Origin: Patescibacteria group bacterium | GTDB lineage: Bacteria > Patescibacteriota > Microgenomatia > UBA1400 > PJMF01 | Reading direction: 5' to 3' | Length of the DNA stretch: 64,000 bases | Assembly: GCA_039934415.1 (NCBI GenBank) | Contig: JBDTME010000006.1 | Location: forward strand, 17,206-81,205 | Shown: positions 39,540 to 49,077 of the stretch, in pieces | How positions within the stretch are numbered: position 1 is the stretch's first letter | How the letters are laid out: each line of letters opens with the position of its first letter | The notes under the pieces: generated by a model | The model's database searches: none | Seen by the model: only the letters and a program-made list of their open reading frames with translations | Told to the model about the DNA's origin: nothing | Translations under genes and position numbers: made by a program

Positions 39540-42500
39540 TTACTTCTTCGCGGATAACTTCTCTTTTTTCAACAATTCTTTGCCGAATACTTCGACATAG
39601 AGTGAAGGGATCAAGAACAAGACGAGTATTCCTGAAACAGATAACCCCGCTACGATTGCTCCACCTAAGCCGCGCCACAGCGGATCGGAAATGGTAATTG
39701 GCAAGAGACCTAAGATACCTGTGACTGCTGTCAGAAAGATCGGCTCGATACGTGAAGCACAAGCGTCTGCAATTCCTTGGTAGACTGGGAAGTTTTCATG
39801 CATGTTCTGGTTGATTTTATCCATCAACATCAACGCGTTATTCACGACGATCCCAAACAGTGCCAAGACTCCAATCAGTGACGGGAAGGACAAAGGAATA
39901 CCGAAAATAGTGAAGTTGATAAACACTCCGGCGATTGATAAAGGAATCACGACTAATACAATCAGCGCTTGTCGGAACGAATTCAACAACAGAACCATCG
40001 TAATCAAGATTAAAGTGAACGAGATGATCATGGCTTGTAAAATCGAGTTAACTGATTTTTGATTCTCCTCATTTGCCCCTCCAACGTCCCATGTGTATCC
40101 TTCAGGCAATTCATACCCTTTCACTTTTTCATTAAAAGCTTTTAACATTTCAGGTGCAGTTTGTTTACCGGTAGCGCTGGCATTGACGCGTACGACACGT
40201 TTGCCATCTTCACGAGTGATTGAAGTGGGACTTTGTTCTAATCTAAATCGCGCCACATCGTTCAACGTATATTGACCTTGTGGTGAAGGGAGTACCAGAT
40301 TTTGTAAGTAGCTCACCGTGCGATCCTGTTTATCAATTGTTAGAATGATGTCCGAATCAGAATCATTGATCACAATATTGCCAGATTCTTGGCCACTGAT
40401 TGCGGTGCGTAACCACTCACCAACTTGAGCGGTAGACAAGTTTCTTTTGGCTAATTCTGCTGGTATTAAATCAACATGGATCTGGCCTGCCGATAATTTC
40501 AATGAACTTTCGATATTAGTGACACCATCGATTTCATGCAACTTGTCCATAAACGTTCGACTAATTTCTTCTAGTGTATCGAGGTCGTCGCCTTTGATGT
40601 TGGCTTGGAAATCAGATCCCGCTGGAGGACCACCACTTTCTTCTTGTACTGTTACTTTTGCTTCCAGAATCTGTTTGAACTCTTCTCGTAGAGATTCAGA
40701 AATTTCAGAAGAAGTCCGTTGACGCTTTTCTTTATCTTCTAAAATCAAAGTAACTGAAGCGGTATTATTTCCACCACTGGCTGCATCAAAGCCACCACCA
40801 CTTGATTGTGAACCGAGCTGAATAAATGAGTGTTGAATCTCAGGAATTTGATCAAGTTTCAGTTCTACGAGCTGCATGACTTGATCAGTTTTTTCTTTGG
40901 TCCAGCCGGCTGGACCTTCGACGTTTACAAATAGCAAGTTTGAGTCTGTCTTTGGAAAAAATTCATTTTTGAGTAAGCCTGTTCCCATGAAGATACCACT
41001 CAATACCAATAACAGAATTAAGACGCCGTAGACGATAAATCGGGAGCGACGTTTTTTAATGATGGGTTCGATGACTTTCAAGTAACGCGCAGCTAAAGGA
41101 TTGAGGTCCAATAATGGTTTTGATAACAATTCTTTTTTACGAATCCAGTTTAAAGGTTTTTGAATACGAGGGAATTTTTGGCTAAACATTTGGCCAGATT
41201 TCTTAAAAGATTCAGCGATAAAACTTCTATTAAAAAAGGCCAGAATTAATAAGAGAACATAGACGATGAGTGCGACCATTGCGAGTGGTGAGCGTTGAAC
41301 GATGACATACAACAGTCCTAAAGTAGCAGCCGTTCCGAGTAAGACAAAAAGTATTCTCAGGCGTTTGGGCACTTTCATCTCGGCTAATAAAATATTGAGT
41401 GGTAAGTTGATTAAAGTAGCGATAGCGGTGGATGAGAGTAAGGTTGCGGAAACCACGATTGGAATTGGCCGGATAAATTTACCAATGATTCCAGAAGCCA
41501 GGAGTAATGGCACGAATGACCACACGACAGTCAGTGTTCCTGTCCAGATTGGAATAAAGAAATCTCGCCAAACTAATAGCCCTGCTTCAAATGGTGAAAA
41601 TTTTTCTTGGTACTCTTTGTTTGACTGAACAATAACGATAGCATCATCACCAATCAAACTAATGGCAAGCAAGAGTGAGAAGATGGCTAAGAAACTGAGA
41701 GTGACGCCAGATACACCCATAATGATAAATGTACACATCAGGGTTAGTGGTAATGAGATAGCAGCAATCACGGCTTGTCTCACACCCAGGAATAGTGACA
41801 GTGCAACTAGTACAAACAGGATTGAGTTGATGAAGTTGCCTTGTAAATCATCGAATGATTGATTGGTTTCCTTGGCAGAGTTGATTACGTCATAACTGTG
41901 AATTTGAGGATAGAACTTCAGCTCGTCATCGATCACTTTCTTGGCTTTTTGGTAGGCGCCGTCGATAGTTTCAGTGTCAGTTTTAAAAATAGATAATTCT
42001 ACGGCAGTTGTTCGTTTGCCGTTGACACGAAATAAGATAGGAGTGGCTGTTTCTTTTGAGCGCTGGTAAATGTTGGCAATCTGCCCGAGCGGAATACTAT
42101 TCTTATTGATAGTCAGTGGTAAGTTGCGCAGTTGCTGAATTGAAGTTAGTTCATTGTCTATTGTCAGCGTATATTGCGTGTTGTGCACTGTTACTCGACC
42201 GGCGGGGAAACTCAAGTCGTTACTTTTTAATGCTTGGATGATTGAGGAACTGTTTACGTTCAGCTCATTGAGTGAAGCACGATTGAGCTCGATGACGATT
42301 TCTTCTGCTTCTTTGCCAACGATATCAACCTTGCGGATACCTGACACGTCTTCAATTTTTTCTTCTAAAGTGGTGGCAATTTTAGATAAAGATAAAGGAT
42401 CTGTGTCAGCTGTCAAAGCGACGAGCCAAACTGGTTGGTCATTGAAATCAAGTTTTTGAACGACAGGATCACCAGCGTTTTCTGGTAAATCAGAAACGAG

Positions 42501-42899
42501 ATCCATTTTTTGCCGAACTTCGTCTAAAGCCTTATTAGAGTCTTGATTACCCAAGAATTGGATAGTGATGACCGATACTGATTCTTGGGATTGAGAGGTG
42601 ATCAGGTCAACGTTGGTCAAATTGCTGAGTGATTTTTCGATTTTCTTGGTGACCAGGTTTTCAACGTCTAGCGGAGCTGCTCCTGGTAGCGTCGTCACGA
42701 CATTGACGATGGCGAGATCCACATCAGGATTGAGTTGCCGAGGAAGACTGGCGAACGAGAGTGATCCAGCGATGACTAAACAAATGATGATGAGAAAGAT
42801 CAATCGTGTATTGGCCAAGTATTTTGCCACAAACGAGTTCTTCAACCGTTGGTCAAAGTGAAGATTTTTGAGATAGAGTGATTCGTGTATTTCAGCCAT
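39540..42899 (-). CDS. RND-family efflux transporter permease (AcrB/HAE-like)
   Basis: 1119 aa with a 12-TM, two-large-loop architecture and RND conserved TM4/TM10 regions. Confidence 0.9.
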   Translation of the reverse strand: MAEIHESLYLKNLHFDQRLKNSFVAKYLANTRLIFLIIICLVIAGSLSFASLPRQLNPDVDLAIVNVVTTLPGAAPLDVENLVTKKIEKSLSNLTNVDLITSQSQESVSVITIQFLGNQDSNKALDEVRQKMDLVSDLPENAGDPVVQKLDFNDQPVWLVALTADTDPLSLSKIATTLEEKIEDVSGIRKVDIVGKEAEEIVIELNRASLNELNVNSSSIIQALKSNDLSFPAGRVTVHNTQYTLTIDNELTSIQQLRNLPLTINKNSIPLGQIANIYQRSKETATPILFRVNGKRTTAVELSIFKTDTETIDGAYQKAKKVIDDELKFYPQIHSYDVINSAKETNQSFDDLQGNFINSILFVLVALSLFLGVRQAVIAAISLPLTLMCTFIIMGVSGVTLSFLAIFSLLLAISLIGDDAIVIVQSNKEYQEKFSPFEAGLLVWRDFFIPIWTGTLTVVWSFVPLLLASGIIGKFIRPIPIVVSATLLSSTAIATLINLPLNILLAEMKVPKRLRILFVLLGTAATLGLLYVIVQRSPLAMVALIVYVLLLILAFFNRSFIAESFKKSGQMFSQKFPRIQKPLNWIRKKELLSKPLLDLNPLAARYLKVIEPIIKKRRSRFIVYGVLILLLVLSGIFMGTGLLKNEFFPKTDSNLLFVNVEGPAGWTKEKTDQVMQLVELKLDQIPEIQHSFIQLGSQSSGGGFDAASGGNNTASVTLILEDKEKRQRTSSEISESLREEFKQILEAKVTVQEESGGPPAGSDFQANIKGDDLDTLEEISRTFMDKLHEIDGVTNIESSLKLSAGQIHVDLIPAELAKRNLSTAQVGEWLRTAISGQESGNIVINDSDSDIILTIDKQDRTVSYLQNLVLPSPQGQYTLNDVARFRLEQSPTSITREDGKRVVRVNASATGKQTAPEMLKAFNEKVKGYELPEGYTWDVGGANEENQKSVNSILQAMIISFTLILITMVLLLNSFRQALIVLVVIPLSIAGVFINFTIFGIPLSFPSLIGVLALFGIVVNNALMLMDKINQNMHENFPVYQGIADACASRIEPIFLTAVTGILGLLPITISDPLWRGLGGAIVAGLSVSGILVLFLIPSLYVEVFGKELLKKEKLSAKK

Positions 42900-42932
42900 G
42901 TAGTGAGACGAGTGTAAAAATTTGGGAGTTCC

Positions 42933-44438
42933 TTATCCTCTTTCCTGGATCTCATCTTCTTGCAATGTTGGTTCAACGGTTTGAGAATCGATGACTCGAC
43001 GATCCAAGATTAATTGGTCACCATCATTAAGACCTGATTTGATTTCAATTTGATCACCAATGACGTCACCTGTTTCGACGACCTTGCGAACGGCTTTACC
43101 ATCTTGGTAAATGAATACGTAGCGTTCCAAGTTGGTCACAAAGACTGACTCTAGTGGGACTCGATGGGTGTTGGTAGAGTTACTGGTTTTTTTAGCGATA
43201 GTTGGTAAGGTTACACTGATGGATTGCCCCTCATAGACTTCAGTTTTATATGATTCTGGAATGACGGCTAACACTTCATATAATTGACCCGAAGTTGGAG
43301 TTGAAGGGACGTGGGTGATTGGAACTTGGAGTGTCTGTGTACCAAGTTGGACATCGATTAAACCGCTGTCCAGAATTTGAGAGGCGGTAAAACCAGAAAC
43401 TGGAACGACTAGACTCAATTGAGTTTTTCCGGTTATTTTGGCAACTGGAGTTCCAGGGTTTAAATACTGACCTTGAGTGACGTAGATGCGTTCGATGCTA
43501 CCGGCAAAGGGAGCGCGAACGGTGTTTAAAGAAGCCATGATTCGAGCAGATTTCAAACTCAACTCAGAGATTTCAGCACCAATTCGAGCCGCGTCGAGCT
43601 GCATTTGAGTAGCTGTATACACCGAGTCTTTGGAGTAATCAGCGAGTTTTGTTGGTGATTTACCTGTATCTACCGAATACTGCAAATTTCTCAAAGCTGA
43701 GTTGTTCCCTGCCAGGATACTTTGATACTGGACGAGCTGCTGGCGTAAACCTTGAATAATGTTGGGATCAGTATTGGCCGAGATATCTGTTTGGATTTTT
43801 TTGATGACTTCTTGAGTTGTGTTCAGTAGATTTTGAGTATCACTAATGGATTGCTCACTGATCTTTCGTAATTCTTCAGTATTGGTTCTACTTTCATCAG
43901 CAATTTGACGAGCCTTGCCGACACTGTCTTGAGTGTTTTTGTAACTTGTTTGAGCCATTTCCAGACTTTTTTGGGCAATTTGAACACCGACTCCAGCTGC
44001 ATTGCCTGTACCGTATCCAGTTTCCTGAGAAACAAGTGATGTGCCTTTTTTTACTTGTTTGCCTTCCGTAGTTGAAATGGTTCGTACTGGTCCAGCAGTT
44101 TGGGCAACGAGAGTGACTGAGCCGAGGTTCTGGATGGTTCCAGTGGTGCTCACTCCTGCAGTCTCACCATTCACGATCATGGTTTCAACCATGAGTGGTT
44201 TTGGAGCAATAATTTGAGGAGTTTCTACTGGTTTTTTGGTTAATTGAGTGGCGATCATGATTAAAACAAACAATATCGCAACCAGTATGAGTAAGCGTTT
44301 GAGGTTTCTTTTCACAAAGTCGAGTGCTCGACTTAAAAAAAACTTCCCTTTTTGTACAAAAGAGGGCTTCTGATCAAGGATTTTTGTGGACGAAGTGGTT
44401 TTAGGCATAAGTTGTATATTATAACAGTTATAGGACAC
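42933..44438 (-). CDS. Efflux RND periplasmic adaptor (HlyD/membrane-fusion protein) with long coiled-coil
   Basis: N-terminal TM anchor, extended coiled coil and C-terminal beta-barrel, placed immediately upstream of the RND permease. Confidence 0.7.
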   Translation of the reverse strand: MSYNCYNIQLMPKTTSSTKILDQKPSFVQKGKFFLSRALDFVKRNLKRLLILVAILFVLIMIATQLTKKPVETPQIIAPKPLMVETMIVNGETAGVSTTGTIQNLGSVTLVAQTAGPVRTISTTEGKQVKKGTSLVSQETGYGTGNAAGVGVQIAQKSLEMAQTSYKNTQDSVGKARQIADESRTNTEELRKISEQSISDTQNLLNTTQEVIKKIQTDISANTDPNIIQGLRQQLVQYQSILAGNNSALRNLQYSVDTGKSPTKLADYSKDSVYTATQMQLDAARIGAEISELSLKSARIMASLNTVRAPFAGSIERIYVTQGQYLNPGTPVAKITGKTQLSLVVPVSGFTASQILDSGLIDVQLGTQTLQVPITHVPSTPTSGQLYEVLAVIPESYKTEVYEGQSISVTLPTIAKKTSNSTNTHRVPLESVFVTNLERYVFIYQDGKAVRKVVETGDVIGDQIEIKSGLNDGDQLILDRRVIDSQTVEPTLQEDEIQERG

Positions 44439-44495
44439 TTTTTCAACACCCAGCCGTGATTAGTCAAACTGTGTTTTGTTCTGTAAAATGGTGGA

Positions 44496-45326
44496 ATGAA
44501 ACGTTTTTTCCTGACTATTTTCGTTGTGCTCTGCCTGTTTCTACTCTTTATTATTGGAAACGATGTCATTAGGACTCATCAGATTACTGAAAATCTGGAT
44601 ACTTCGCCGATTGCACCCTTCGTCCAACCATCCAAATCTATTCAGCTTAGCCAAGATTGGCAAACGCTGTCATCTGGTGTTGAGGTGAGAAGTTTGCAGT
44701 ATGCATATAATGGTCAGTCATATCAAATTCAGGTGATTCGTCTAGATCCGAACCAAGGCACACTTTCTCTTCAGTACGACCAAAGAGGCAAAACAGTTAG
44801 TCAGTGGGCAAAAGGTACTGATCATCTGGTTGTTTCAAATGCCGGTTTTTTCAAAGAAAAGAATGAGCCTGTTGGCTTGCTTTACGTTAATGGGGAACGC
44901 TTAGATAGCCATCGAGTCAAACCAGCAGATTCAGGTTTGCTCGTGATTCATGAAAACGGCATAGAGATTTTAAACCTGGCTAATGCGCCAATTCCAGCAG
45001 AACTTCAAAATGCCGTGCAAACATATCCGGTGCTCATCGATCAGGGGAAATTGATTGCTAATAAAAACATGACCAAGCAAGATCGCAGAACCGCGATAGG
45101 TACGGATAGGGATAGAAGAATCTACCTGTTTACCGCAGGCTACCAACACTTAGGGCTTTATGATTTTGCTAAAGTAATTAGTGAATCTGGACTTCAGTTA
45201 ACTGAAGTGCTCAATCTGGATGGAGGCGGATCGACTGGTGTCGCAGTAGACGCAGGAACTTTTCAGAAAATAATAGAAAGCGAAACAGCAGTCCCAACGG
45301 TGTTAGTCTTCAGTGAGAGAAAGTAG
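44496..45326 (+). CDS. Phosphodiester glycosidase family protein (NAGPA/DUF2233)
   Basis: Signal anchor and the VSNAGFF ... LNLDGGGST motifs. Confidence 0.6.
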   Translation: MKRFFLTIFVVLCLFLLFIIGNDVIRTHQITENLDTSPIAPFVQPSKSIQLSQDWQTLSSGVEVRSLQYAYNGQSYQIQVIRLDPNQGTLSLQYDQRGKTVSQWAKGTDHLVVSNAGFFKEKNEPVGLLYVNGERLDSHRVKPADSGLLVIHENGIEILNLANAPIPAELQNAVQTYPVLIDQGKLIANKNMTKQDRRTAIGTDRDRRIYLFTAGYQHLGLYDFAKVISESGLQLTEVLNLDGGGSTGVAVDAGTFQKIIESETAVPTVLVFSERK

Positions 45327-45333
45327 TGGCTTG

Positions 45334-45399
45334 GTGGAGAGCTCGTATCTGAGATGGAACTCTATCATAGATTGGGTGATGAAATGGGGAAAAGAATTG
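45334..45399 (+). repeat. 66-bp direct repeat, copy A
   Basis: GTGGAGAGCTCGTATCTGAGATGGAAC-N16-TGATGAAATGGGGAAAAGAATTG; the 27-bp and 23-bp blocks are identical to copy B. Confidence 0.85.
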
Positions 45400-45425
45400 G
45401 GGCAAAGTGGTCTACAATATGACCT

Positions 45426-46661
45426 ATGATAGAAACAACTCATGAACCTTCACCCGCTAACGAAGAAAAGAAAGACGTTGATCACCCTTTTTCTACACAA
45501 GCAATTCAAAAACGATTTGATCAATATAGATCATTACCTCCACAACACATAAGAGAAAAAATAAGAGTTCGTTATTTAGGTAAAGCAGGCGAAGAACTTC
45601 AAGAGTATTTAGAAAGCAAGGTGGAGAGTGACAAGTTAATTATAGTAAAGCCTCTATTGCATTTTGAGGATTTTTTAGAGCGATATGAATTGAATGGAAA
45701 AAATTTTCCTGAAGATCTACTTCGGGAGGCTTACATTGATCTATCTAAAGATCTCAAAAGAGTACAAAGGTTTGTCTATTGGTCTTTTACCTTAAAAGAG
45801 TCGATAAATCTTCTTTTAGAAGAATTACCAGAAATGAGAGAGCTCTGCAGACAATTGGAACCAACAGTATCTTTTCTAGATGCAGATGAATTAAATGAAG
45901 ACGATTTTGACGAATATCCTTATGCTGGAGGAGCGATTGGTTCGGGGAACATTAATTTAATTGTTGTGCCTAAGTTTAAAAATTATGAGGAAATAAATAC
46001 TTATCAGATGCTCAGAACTTTTGTTTTTGTTCATGAGTTCTTTCATATTATTAACAGCTTTTATGCCAAGGAAAATTTCGGTTTTTCTCATAGCGAAGAT
46101 TCAATTACTGAAAAACATCGTATATTTACAACTTTACTTGAAGGAACAAGTATCAGTTTGGAATATTTGCTTTTAAAGAGGTTGGCACGTTTACCTGATA
46201 ATGATCAGTTAGAAAATGTTAAAAAATATGGAATATGGAGATTAAATAATGTGCTAAAACTGGCAAAGTATAGAGGTGAGAAGGCTCGTACTACTGTTAC
46301 TGAGTATTGGAATGGTGAAGAAGGTGCAGGTGAAAATTATTATGAAGATAAAAAGACTGAACCTGTTTACAATTTCCCGCATCTAAATTATTCAGAAGGA
46401 GCAAAGTTAGGTATTCAACTACAAAGAAATGGATGGACTGCCCATGACATTCCTGAACTTTGGAAGAAAATCAAAATGATTATTGATGAACTTATAAGTG
46501 AGAAAAAAATATCACCTGCCTTTTCTGGATCTAAACCTTTTGATATATATACTGAACTTGCTCAATATGGAAAGTTTGCAACATGGAGTAATCTAAAAGA
46601 GCGACTACTTCAACTTCGACCTGAGAGGAGTAATGAAACTATCGAAAATAAATTCGAGTAA
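45426..46661 (+). CDS. Hypothetical cytoplasmic protein with an HExxH (VHEFFH) putative metallopeptidase motif
   Basis: 411 aa with no signal peptide. HEFFH plus a downstream Glu fits a gluzincin-like layout. No family recognised. Flanked by the direct repeats. Confidence 0.35.
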   Translation: MIETTHEPSPANEEKKDVDHPFSTQAIQKRFDQYRSLPPQHIREKIRVRYLGKAGEELQEYLESKVESDKLIIVKPLLHFEDFLERYELNGKNFPEDLLREAYIDLSKDLKRVQRFVYWSFTLKESINLLLEELPEMRELCRQLEPTVSFLDADELNEDDFDEYPYAGGAIGSGNINLIVVPKFKNYEEINTYQMLRTFVFVHEFFHIINSFYAKENFGFSHSEDSITEKHRIFTTLLEGTSISLEYLLLKRLARLPDNDQLENVKKYGIWRLNNVLKLAKYRGEKARTTVTEYWNGEEGAGENYYEDKKTEPVYNFPHLNYSEGAKLGIQLQRNGWTAHDIPELWKKIKMIIDELISEKKISPAFSGSKPFDIYTELAQYGKFATWSNLKERLLQLRPERSNETIENKFE

Positions 46662-46667
46662 TTTTAG

Positions 46668-46733
46668 TGGAGAGCTCGTATCTGAGATGGAACACGATTG
46701 TTGAATGGCTGATGAAATGGGGAAAAGAATTGA
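46668..46733 (+). repeat. 66-bp direct repeat, copy B
   Basis: Same sequence blocks as copy A, in the same orientation, 1334 bp away. Confidence 0.85.
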
Positions 46734-46746
46734 GAGAGAGCACCAG

Positions 46747-47568
46747 TTAGAAATTTCTAAATGAGTTTCTTTCCACATCGTAGTTTTCTGAAGGAATTAA
46801 TTGAAATGACCACATATCAGCAGACCAAAAGAAATAGTAAATAGGGTCATTTATTGGATTTATAACTAGACTAGCTCTCCCGCTGTTCATACAAGATAAA
46901 CCTCTTCTTTGCATAGCCTTAACTTCATTATTGTCATTTACTGTAACTCTGTATCCCAAACATTTAGTGGATTGAATCGGCAGAAAGGGAGTTGGACAGT
47001 AAAAATAGGTTATGTCATTTTCTGAGTACCGAATATTAAAAAAGTTTTTTTCAGAATGCATTGGTCGTCCGTATTTTTCTTCAAGCTGCTGAAAAGAGCT
47101 AGCTTTCTGTGTAACTACTATTCTGGTATTACCTTTTTCGTCAAAGATGGGAGCTTGTTGCTCTAAGAATTCATTTCTTGATATATCTAAAACACAGTCA
47201 AAGGTAACTTCTCTACTTCTGTAAAGAAAAGAAACCACCCATACAATGCTCCACAGAAAGACGAATGCAGCTGCAAACTTACCCCATTTTTTTCTTGATA
47301 CTGAAGTGAATAAACTTTGATTTTTGAAAGCCTTACTAGCTTTGTAGCCTACAAAGACAACTCCAGCGATAACCATTATTGGGAGAATCGCAAACAGATC
47401 CAAGAATTTAATATAATACCAGCTCAAAAAGATGGTATTGAATACAGTCAAACTTTTCCAAATAACCGAAGTTTTCGATTTACTAAAAGAGTAATAAGAG
47501 GAGATGAATAAAAAAAGAAAATGTACGAGGTAAATGATCGGTAGTGACGATTTAAAACTGTCAAGCAT
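46747..47568 (-). CDS. Hypothetical membrane protein (273 aa)
   Basis: Multiple N-terminal TM helices and a Cys-containing C-terminal domain. No motif. Confidence 0.3.
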   Translation of the reverse strand: MLDSFKSSLPIIYLVHFLFLFISSYYSFSKSKTSVIWKSLTVFNTIFLSWYYIKFLDLFAILPIMVIAGVVFVGYKASKAFKNQSLFTSVSRKKWGKFAAAFVFLWSIVWVVSFLYRSREVTFDCVLDISRNEFLEQQAPIFDEKGNTRIVVTQKASSFQQLEEKYGRPMHSEKNFFNIRYSENDITYFYCPTPFLPIQSTKCLGYRVTVNDNNEVKAMQRRGLSCMNSGRASLVINPINDPIYYFFWSADMWSFQLIPSENYDVERNSFRNF

Positions 47569-47580
47569 GTCTTGGCCTCC

Positions 47581-47733
47581 TCAGAACATGCTTTGAGGTG
47601 CAACAAAGATGTTTAACAAGGTAAAGAACCAAAGGATACTTAATCCAGAATAGAAGAAAGCCGAACTGAAAGATTTTCTGAAACGAATGAAGTTAAAGAT
47701 ATAAACGGAAACAAAAATCCCCGCCCACAACAT
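47581..47733 (-). CDS. Small hydrophobic protein; start uncertain
   Basis: The longer ORF in the track (to 47838) would overlap the tmRNA 3' end, so an internal Met start is chosen. Confidence 0.2.
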   Translation of the reverse strand: MLWAGIFVSVYIFNFIRFRKSFSSAFFYSGLSILWFFTLLNIFVAPQSMF

Positions 47734-47784
47734 AAAATGTAGGTTTGCGATATTCGATGCTGATTGAACCAGTATCATAATATT

Positions 47785-48210
47785 TGGTGGAGATGAGGGG
47801 TTATGAACCCCTGTCCGCATACGGCAGACTAGCATCATCTACAGATATAGTTCACTTTTCGTAAAGAGTCGTAGGTGAGTGAACGAACCTGACAACCCTT
47901 CGCTGTTCAAAGTCTTATGTCTTTACGGAACAGTACGTATCGACAGTCACACGAACTTGGTTTTCACCCAATCGTTTCCGCTCGTGAAAGATCTCGATTG
48001 AATGTCTATTTAAGCAGCGTAAGCTAAATTAGCAGCAGCTGGTGTGATAGAAGCAATTGCTGAGTCGACTACTCCGAAGAGTGAGGCAACAGCAGTTTTT
48101 GCTTTACTGACAATTGAATTGACAGTTAGTTTTTTAACTATGTTTAGCCTCAGTAGTAAAGGAGGATCTGCAGATGTTAATGTGCGTACACGTCGAGTCA
48201 ATACATCCCC
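47785..48210 (-). ncRNA. ssrA: tmRNA (SsrA)
   Basis: Minus-strand 5' end GGGGATGTATTGACTCGACG resembles the tmRNA 5' consensus GGGGnUGAUUCUGGAUUCGACG. The 3' end GGACAGGGGTTCATAACCCCTCATCTCCACCA has a T-arm-like hairpin, and the acceptor strand CATCTCC pairs with the 5' GGGGATG (one G-U) before a terminal ACCA. An internal tag reading frame ends ...AANLAYAA-TAA. Confidence 0.8.
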
Positions 48211-48222
48211 GTGTAGGGCTGA

Positions 48223-48251
48223 ATTATACCAAATTTTGACGTAAATATCAA
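48223..48251 (-). promoter_or_regulatory. Sigma70-type promoter for ssrA
   Basis: Read on the minus strand: TTGATA, a 17-bp spacer, then TATAAT, about 12 nt upstream of the GGGG 5' end. Confidence 0.5.
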
Positions 48252-48277
48252 TAAATTCCTGGTTTTTACATAATGCC

Positions 48278-48907
48278 TTAATCGCCATGGGCAAATACCA
48301 AACCAATGACTTTTTTCGCCTGGTGGTTTTTTAAGATTCTGGCACACTCGTTGAGCGTGGTTCCAGTGGTGGTGACGTCGTCGATGAGCGCTATGGTTTT
48401 CCCGGTTATTGAGGAATTTGGTGAAATATTGAACGCATCGGTTAAGTGGGTGAGTCGTTTGGCTCGATCTAACTGGGCTTGGGGAGTAGTCGCTTTTGGT
48501 CGGTGAAGTGCGTTCACTATGGGAATTTCCCAGCGTTTTGACAAATGTTTGGCCAACAGTTCTGCTTGGTTAAAGCCTCTTTCTCGTTGTCGGGATCTAT
48601 GCAATGGCACCGGAACTAAAAAATCGACAGTAGGTCTGGCCATTTTCTCAAACATGATTTCGCCGATCGTAGGTGCGAGTGCGTATGAGCAGCCAAACTT
48701 ATACATATGGATAAAATCGCTGCCGGTTTTCGCATATTTTGTACAGGCTTGGAGTTCGTCTAAAGTAGGAGTGGGCAGATCAATCACTAGAGGTTGGTCA
48801 AAGAACGACATTTTTTCGTAACAGTTTAAACAAATATATCCACCTATCGAACCACAAGTGACACAGAGTGGCGGAAAGAGTAAGTCCAAGAAGAATTCGA
48901 GTACCAT
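48278..48907 (-). CDS. comFC: ComF/ComFC-family phosphoribosyltransferase-like protein
   Basis: N-terminal Zn-ribbon (CVTCGS...CLNCY), FNQAELLA motif and PRTase-type LIDDVTTTGTTL. Confidence 0.8.
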   Translation of the reverse strand: MVLEFFLDLLFPPLCVTCGSIGGYICLNCYEKMSFFDQPLVIDLPTPTLDELQACTKYAKTGSDFIHMYKFGCSYALAPTIGEIMFEKMARPTVDFLVPVPLHRSRQRERGFNQAELLAKHLSKRWEIPIVNALHRPKATTPQAQLDRAKRLTHLTDAFNISPNSSITGKTIALIDDVTTTGTTLNECARILKNHQAKKVIGLVFAHGD

Positions 48908-49000
48908 GCCGGAATTATGAGGTTTGATTCTGACAGCGATATGACATCGACAAATGGAGTTTTTTTTCTGATATACTATGGCCTGTTTGATCTTTTATTT

Positions 49001-49077
49001 GGCCGTTTAGCTCAGCTGGTTAGAGCGCTTCATTCACATTGAAGAGGTCTGGGGTTCGAGTCCCTAAACGGCCACCA
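49001..49077 (+). tRNA. tRNA-Val (anticodon CAC)
   Basis: Cloverleaf folded manually: acceptor GGCCGTT/AACGGCC, D-arm GCTC/GAGC, anticodon stem CTTCA/TGAAG with loop TTCACAT, T-arm TGGGG-TTCGAGT-CCCTA, then discriminator A and CCA. Confidence 0.9.

Noticed and set aside
39802-42861. Multiple 60-110-aa plus-strand ORFs inside the RND transporter gene
   Set aside because: They are antisense to a 1119-aa gene with unambiguous family assignment, so these are shadow ORFs.
45334-46733. CRISPR array
   Set aside because: Only two repeat copies, separated by 1.3 kb containing a full gene. No short regular spacers exist anywhere in the window.
48010-48306. 98-aa minus-strand ORF, plus the 66-aa plus-strand ORF at 48044..48244
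   Set aside because: Both span the tmRNA body. The minus-strand ORF's C-terminus (…AANLAYAA) is the tmRNA tag reading frame, so neither is a real protein gene.
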